Part shown: piece after piece, positions 62,301-64,000 of the stretch
Layout: each line of letters opens with the position of its first letter
How positions within the stretch are numbered: the first letter of the stretch is position 1
Assembly (NCBI RefSeq): GCF_020745735.1
Contig: NC_083409.1
Coordinates: 18,062,341 to 18,126,340, forward strand
DNA from: Hemiscyllium ocellatum
Lineage: Eukaryota
Reading direction: 5' to 3'
Length of the DNA: 64,000 nucleotides
The notes under the pieces: model-generated
Seen by the model: only the letters and a program-made list of their open reading frames with translations
What the model was told of the DNA's origin: nothing
The model's database searches: none
Made by a program: the position numbers and the translations under genes

Positions 62301-62820
62301 TACTGTGTACAGTTCTGGTTGCCACATTACCAGAAAGATGTGGATGCTTTGGAGAGGGTGCAGAGGAGGTTCACCAGGATTGCCTGGTGTGGAGGGTGCT
62401 AGCTATGAAGAGATGCTTAGTAGATTAGGATTATTCTCATTACAAAGTCGAACGTTGAGGGGGGACCTGATTGGGGTCTACAAAATCATGAGAGATATAG
62501 ACAGGGTGGATAGCAAGAAGCTTTTTCCCAGAGTGGGGGACTCAATTACTCTGGGTTATGAGTTCAAAGTGAGAATGGAAACATTTAAAGGAGATATGTA
62601 TGGAAAGTTTTTCACACAGAGGGTGATTGATCCTGGAGCATGTTGCCAGTGGAGGTGGTAGAGGCAGGCACAATAACATCATTTAAGATATATCTAGATA
62701 CAAACATGGATGGGCAGGGAGCAAAGGGAGACAGACCATTGGAAAATTGACGATAGGTTTCAGTGGATGATATGGACCAGTGCAGGCTAGTAGGGCCAAA
62801 GGGCCAGTTCTTGTGCTATA
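59320..62820 (+). mobile_element. CR1/HER1 ORF2 remnant (endonuclease to RT)
   Basis: YDVIAITETWL, GGVALLV, VMEDFNFPNIDW, KFADDT and PHLEYCVQFW motifs. Confidence 0.85.
60515..60780 (-). mobile_element. 5'-truncated CR1 3' end nested in the opposite orientation
   Basis: Near-identical reverse copy of ~59050-59310, flanked by ATTT on both sides. Confidence 0.8.
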
Positions 62821-62829
62821 ATTTTCATT

Positions 62830-64000
62830 GCTCTTTGTTCTTTGAACTGAGGAAGCTCAAAGGAACAGAGTGATCTTGGGTGCTTCTCCATTGATCAATG
62901 AATGTGGCAAGACAGGTTAACAGAGCAGTTAAGAAGGCATAGGGGACACTTGGCTTTGTCATGTCAGGTATCGGTTATAAAAGCAGGAGGAGATGTTGCA
63001 GTTAAGCAGAACATTGGTGAGGCCACAGCTGGAGCACTGTGTGCAGTTCAGGTCACCACACTGTAGGAAAGATGTGATTGCACTGGATGGGGTGCAGAGG
63101 GGAATCACCAGGATGTTGTGTGGGATGGAACCTCTCAGTGATGAAGAGAAATTGGATCATCTCGGGTTGTTTTCTTCAGAGCAGAGAAGGTGGAGGGGCA
63201 CCTGATCGAAGTGTATAAGGTGATGAGGGGAATGGACAGGGAGGAGAGAAAGCAGCTGTTCTCCTTCTTGGGAGGGTCAATAACAAGTTGGTTCACATTC
63301 AATGTCAAAGATAGGAGGTTTCAAGATGTTTTGAGGAAAGTGTTTTTGACCCAGAGGATGGTGGGTGGTCTGGAATACACAGTCTGGGAAAGTAGTTGAG
63401 GTGGGAAACCTCACAAACTTTAAAAAGTACTTGGGTGAGCAGTTGAAATATCATAACATTCAAGCTATGTGCCGCATGTTGGAAAGTGGGACTGGTGTAG
63501 GTTTAGTGTAGTTTGGCTGGTACACAGTTAATGGGCTGAAGGGCCTCTTCTATACTGTGTGATTTTATGATTCTGTCGTGGGTAGTTTCGGGCTCCTTAT
63601 CTGAAGAAGGATGTTCTGGCTGTGGAAGGAGGGCAGCGAAGGTTTACCAGACTGATTCCTGGGAGGACAGCATTTAGATCTGATGAGAAACTGGATTTGT
63701 TAGGATTATATTCACTGGAGTTCAGAAATTTGAGAGGAAACACATTGAAACCTGTAAAATCCTAACAGGACAAGACCGGTAAGCACGGGAATTGTGTTCC
63801 TGATGACTGGAAAGTCCAGAACCAGGAATCACATTTTAAAGAAAAGGGAAAGGCCATTTCAGACTGAGATGAGGAGACATTTCTTTAGCCAGAGAGTGGG
63901 AAGCTAGTGGAATATTTTGTCACAGAAAGCAATTGAGCCCAAAATATTAAATGTTTTCAAGAAGGCGAAAGGGATTAAAGGTTATGGAGAAAAAGTGGGA
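62830..64000 (+). mobile_element. Additional CR1 3' fragments
   Basis: LVRPQLEHCVQFRSPH motif and related 3' ends. Confidence 0.7.

Overview
This is elasmobranch (shark) genomic DNA, judged from HE1 SINEs, HER1/CR1 LINEs and Penelope-like elements. It carries two convergently oriented immunoglobulin light-chain miniclusters of the kappa class (shark type III / NS4-like). Cluster A (+ strand, 6599-14832) is unrearranged L-V-12RSS / 23RSS-J-C and is disabled at several independent positions. Cluster B (- strand, 48141-35644) has V and J already joined in frame with no RSS, and splices to an intact 233-aa kappa chain, so it is a candidate germline-joined VJ gene. The two clusters are the arms of an old inverted duplication (from before position 1 to ~22.2 kb, versus ~27.4 kb to at least ~53.85 kb). 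The ~5 kb spacer holds an orphan 3' fragment of a third C exon. Comparing the arms reveals non-coding blocks more conserved than the shared repeats around them, including an upstream element with a perfect Ets-IRF composite site and a J-C intronic block. A CTCF/kB-like island lies between the clusters on the B arm only. Three ~200-bp fold-back Penelope-end insertions have target-site duplications, and two of them carry hammerhead ribozyme motifs. The rest is mostly decayed LINE, SINE and simple-repeat sequence, plus one 128-N gap. All alignments and identities were done by eye, and TE boundaries are approximate.
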